DNA of 51,929 nt from Octopus bimaculoides (Eukaryota), in contig NC_068988.1 in assembly GCF_001194135.2 (NCBI RefSeq), positions 69,391,061 through 69,442,989 of the forward strand. Reading direction: 5' to 3'. Positions 50,762 to 51,929 of this stretch are shown here, in pieces. The notes below the pieces were generated by a model. It saw only the letters and a list, made by a program, of their open reading frames with translations. It had not been told where the DNA came from and did not search any database. The position numbers and the translations under genes are program-made. Every line of letters starts with the position of its first letter. Positions within the stretch are counted from its first letter, which is position 1.

Positions 50762-50801
<40 letters not shown>

Positions 50802-51149
50802 TGTACATATATATATATATATATCTATATATATATACATATATATATGTGTATGTGTGTGCACATACACACACACACACACATATCTATATATCCATAT
50901 ATACACACATAAATACATATGTCTATATATATTTACTATTAGAAATAGAAGCAGAATACTATTCTGTAAATACTATTCTGTAAATATATCATATTTGATA
51001 TGATATATTGTAGAAAGCTAAAAAGCTTTGGCATTTACCTCAAGGAAACATTTTATACAGAGGTACAATGTTAAAATGCACAGAAATACATCAGCAGCAG
51101 GTTAAAAATGTCCAGTGATGGCAGAGGAGATGCTAAATCCAGAGTTCTC

Positions 51150-51480
51150 CCTTGAGCATCATCAGTAGCAAAAATCTACTTGCAGCCACATGCTTAGAGA
51201 TAGAAAAACTGTGATTAATACATCACTAGTATTACAAATATCTAGCAGCATGAGTAAAAATTCATTATTGGTGCCAGAAGCAGTATTAGTTCAAAATAAC
51301 ATTTGGCATATCTTACTTAATGTGAATATACTGTTGAAAACCACGAAACTGTGGTATTCATTTTCAGAAAGCATCTTGTATATACATATACTGCTAAAAA
51401 TTACAAATTTATCACAGTATATAATTGCTAGTGGGGACTTGCTGCTGATGAAGGAGAAATCTGAAGTCAGCAACTCCACT
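51150..51480 (+). mobile_element. Possible PLE 3' end: weak GIY-YIG C-terminus plus broken hammerhead-like motif
   Basis: LLVPEAVLVQ resembles L.I.EAL.I; a CUGAUGA core follows at 51445. Confidence 0.3.
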
Positions 51481-51689
51481 GCTTTTCCTCTGCTACTGAT
51501 GTCATTCTGTGTTTTTTAGCACTATACATCAATACAAGATATTTTCATAAGACAAATATCACAGTTTTCTGGCTTTCAACACCCCTACATTGAGTAGGAT
51601 ATATAGCAATTGCATGCGTGTGTGTGTATGTGTGTGTGTGTGTGTGTATGTACGTAAGTATATTCATTTCATTTCATTTCATTTTCATT

Positions 51690-51929
51690 TCAAAGTTTCA
51701 GCTCAGAGCTGCGGCCATGCTGATGCACCACCGTGTTGCTACACTGTTATTACAGGGAGCCTCTTACAATATGTGGCACTTGGTGAAGAATGGAGTTTGA
51801 TTTAGCAACTCTCATTTGCACCTCCTGCCGCAAGGTAGGTTCATCTGGGACTCTCGATAGGAAGAGGTCCAGCTTTGATTTAAAAACTCCTACATCTACT
51901 TTGTGCAGATTCCTCAGACTCTTTGGGAG
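51690..51929 (-). mobile_element. SINE-like repeat sharing the family A tail motif, truncated by window end
   Basis: gctgcggccatgctg tail motif after (TTTCA)n. Confidence 0.5.

Overview
AT-rich, microsatellite-saturated eukaryotic DNA with many N gaps. The repeat types and draft-style gaps suggest an octopod cephalopod (inference only). I found no convincing host exon, rRNA or functional tRNA; nearly all ORF-track entries are microsatellite or gap translations. The window is a transposon graveyard. It holds four recurring SINE-like families, RTE LINE fragments, a Hero-like RLE retrotransposon 3' end, DD34D and DD37D-type mariner relics, a Buster-type hAT MITE, an internally deleted hAT, Helitron ends, and several Penelope-like element (PLE) relics. 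The two most interesting structures are (1) a tRNA-headed element at 10.5-10.9 kb carrying two inverted PLE-type minimal hammerhead motifs, with further hammerhead-like motifs at 3.25 and 51.45 kb, and (2) a 956-bp foldback element at 34610-35565 with 279-bp TIRs, a 6-bp TSD and a central telomere-like array. All homology calls are by eye from manual translation and motif recognition; no database was searched.
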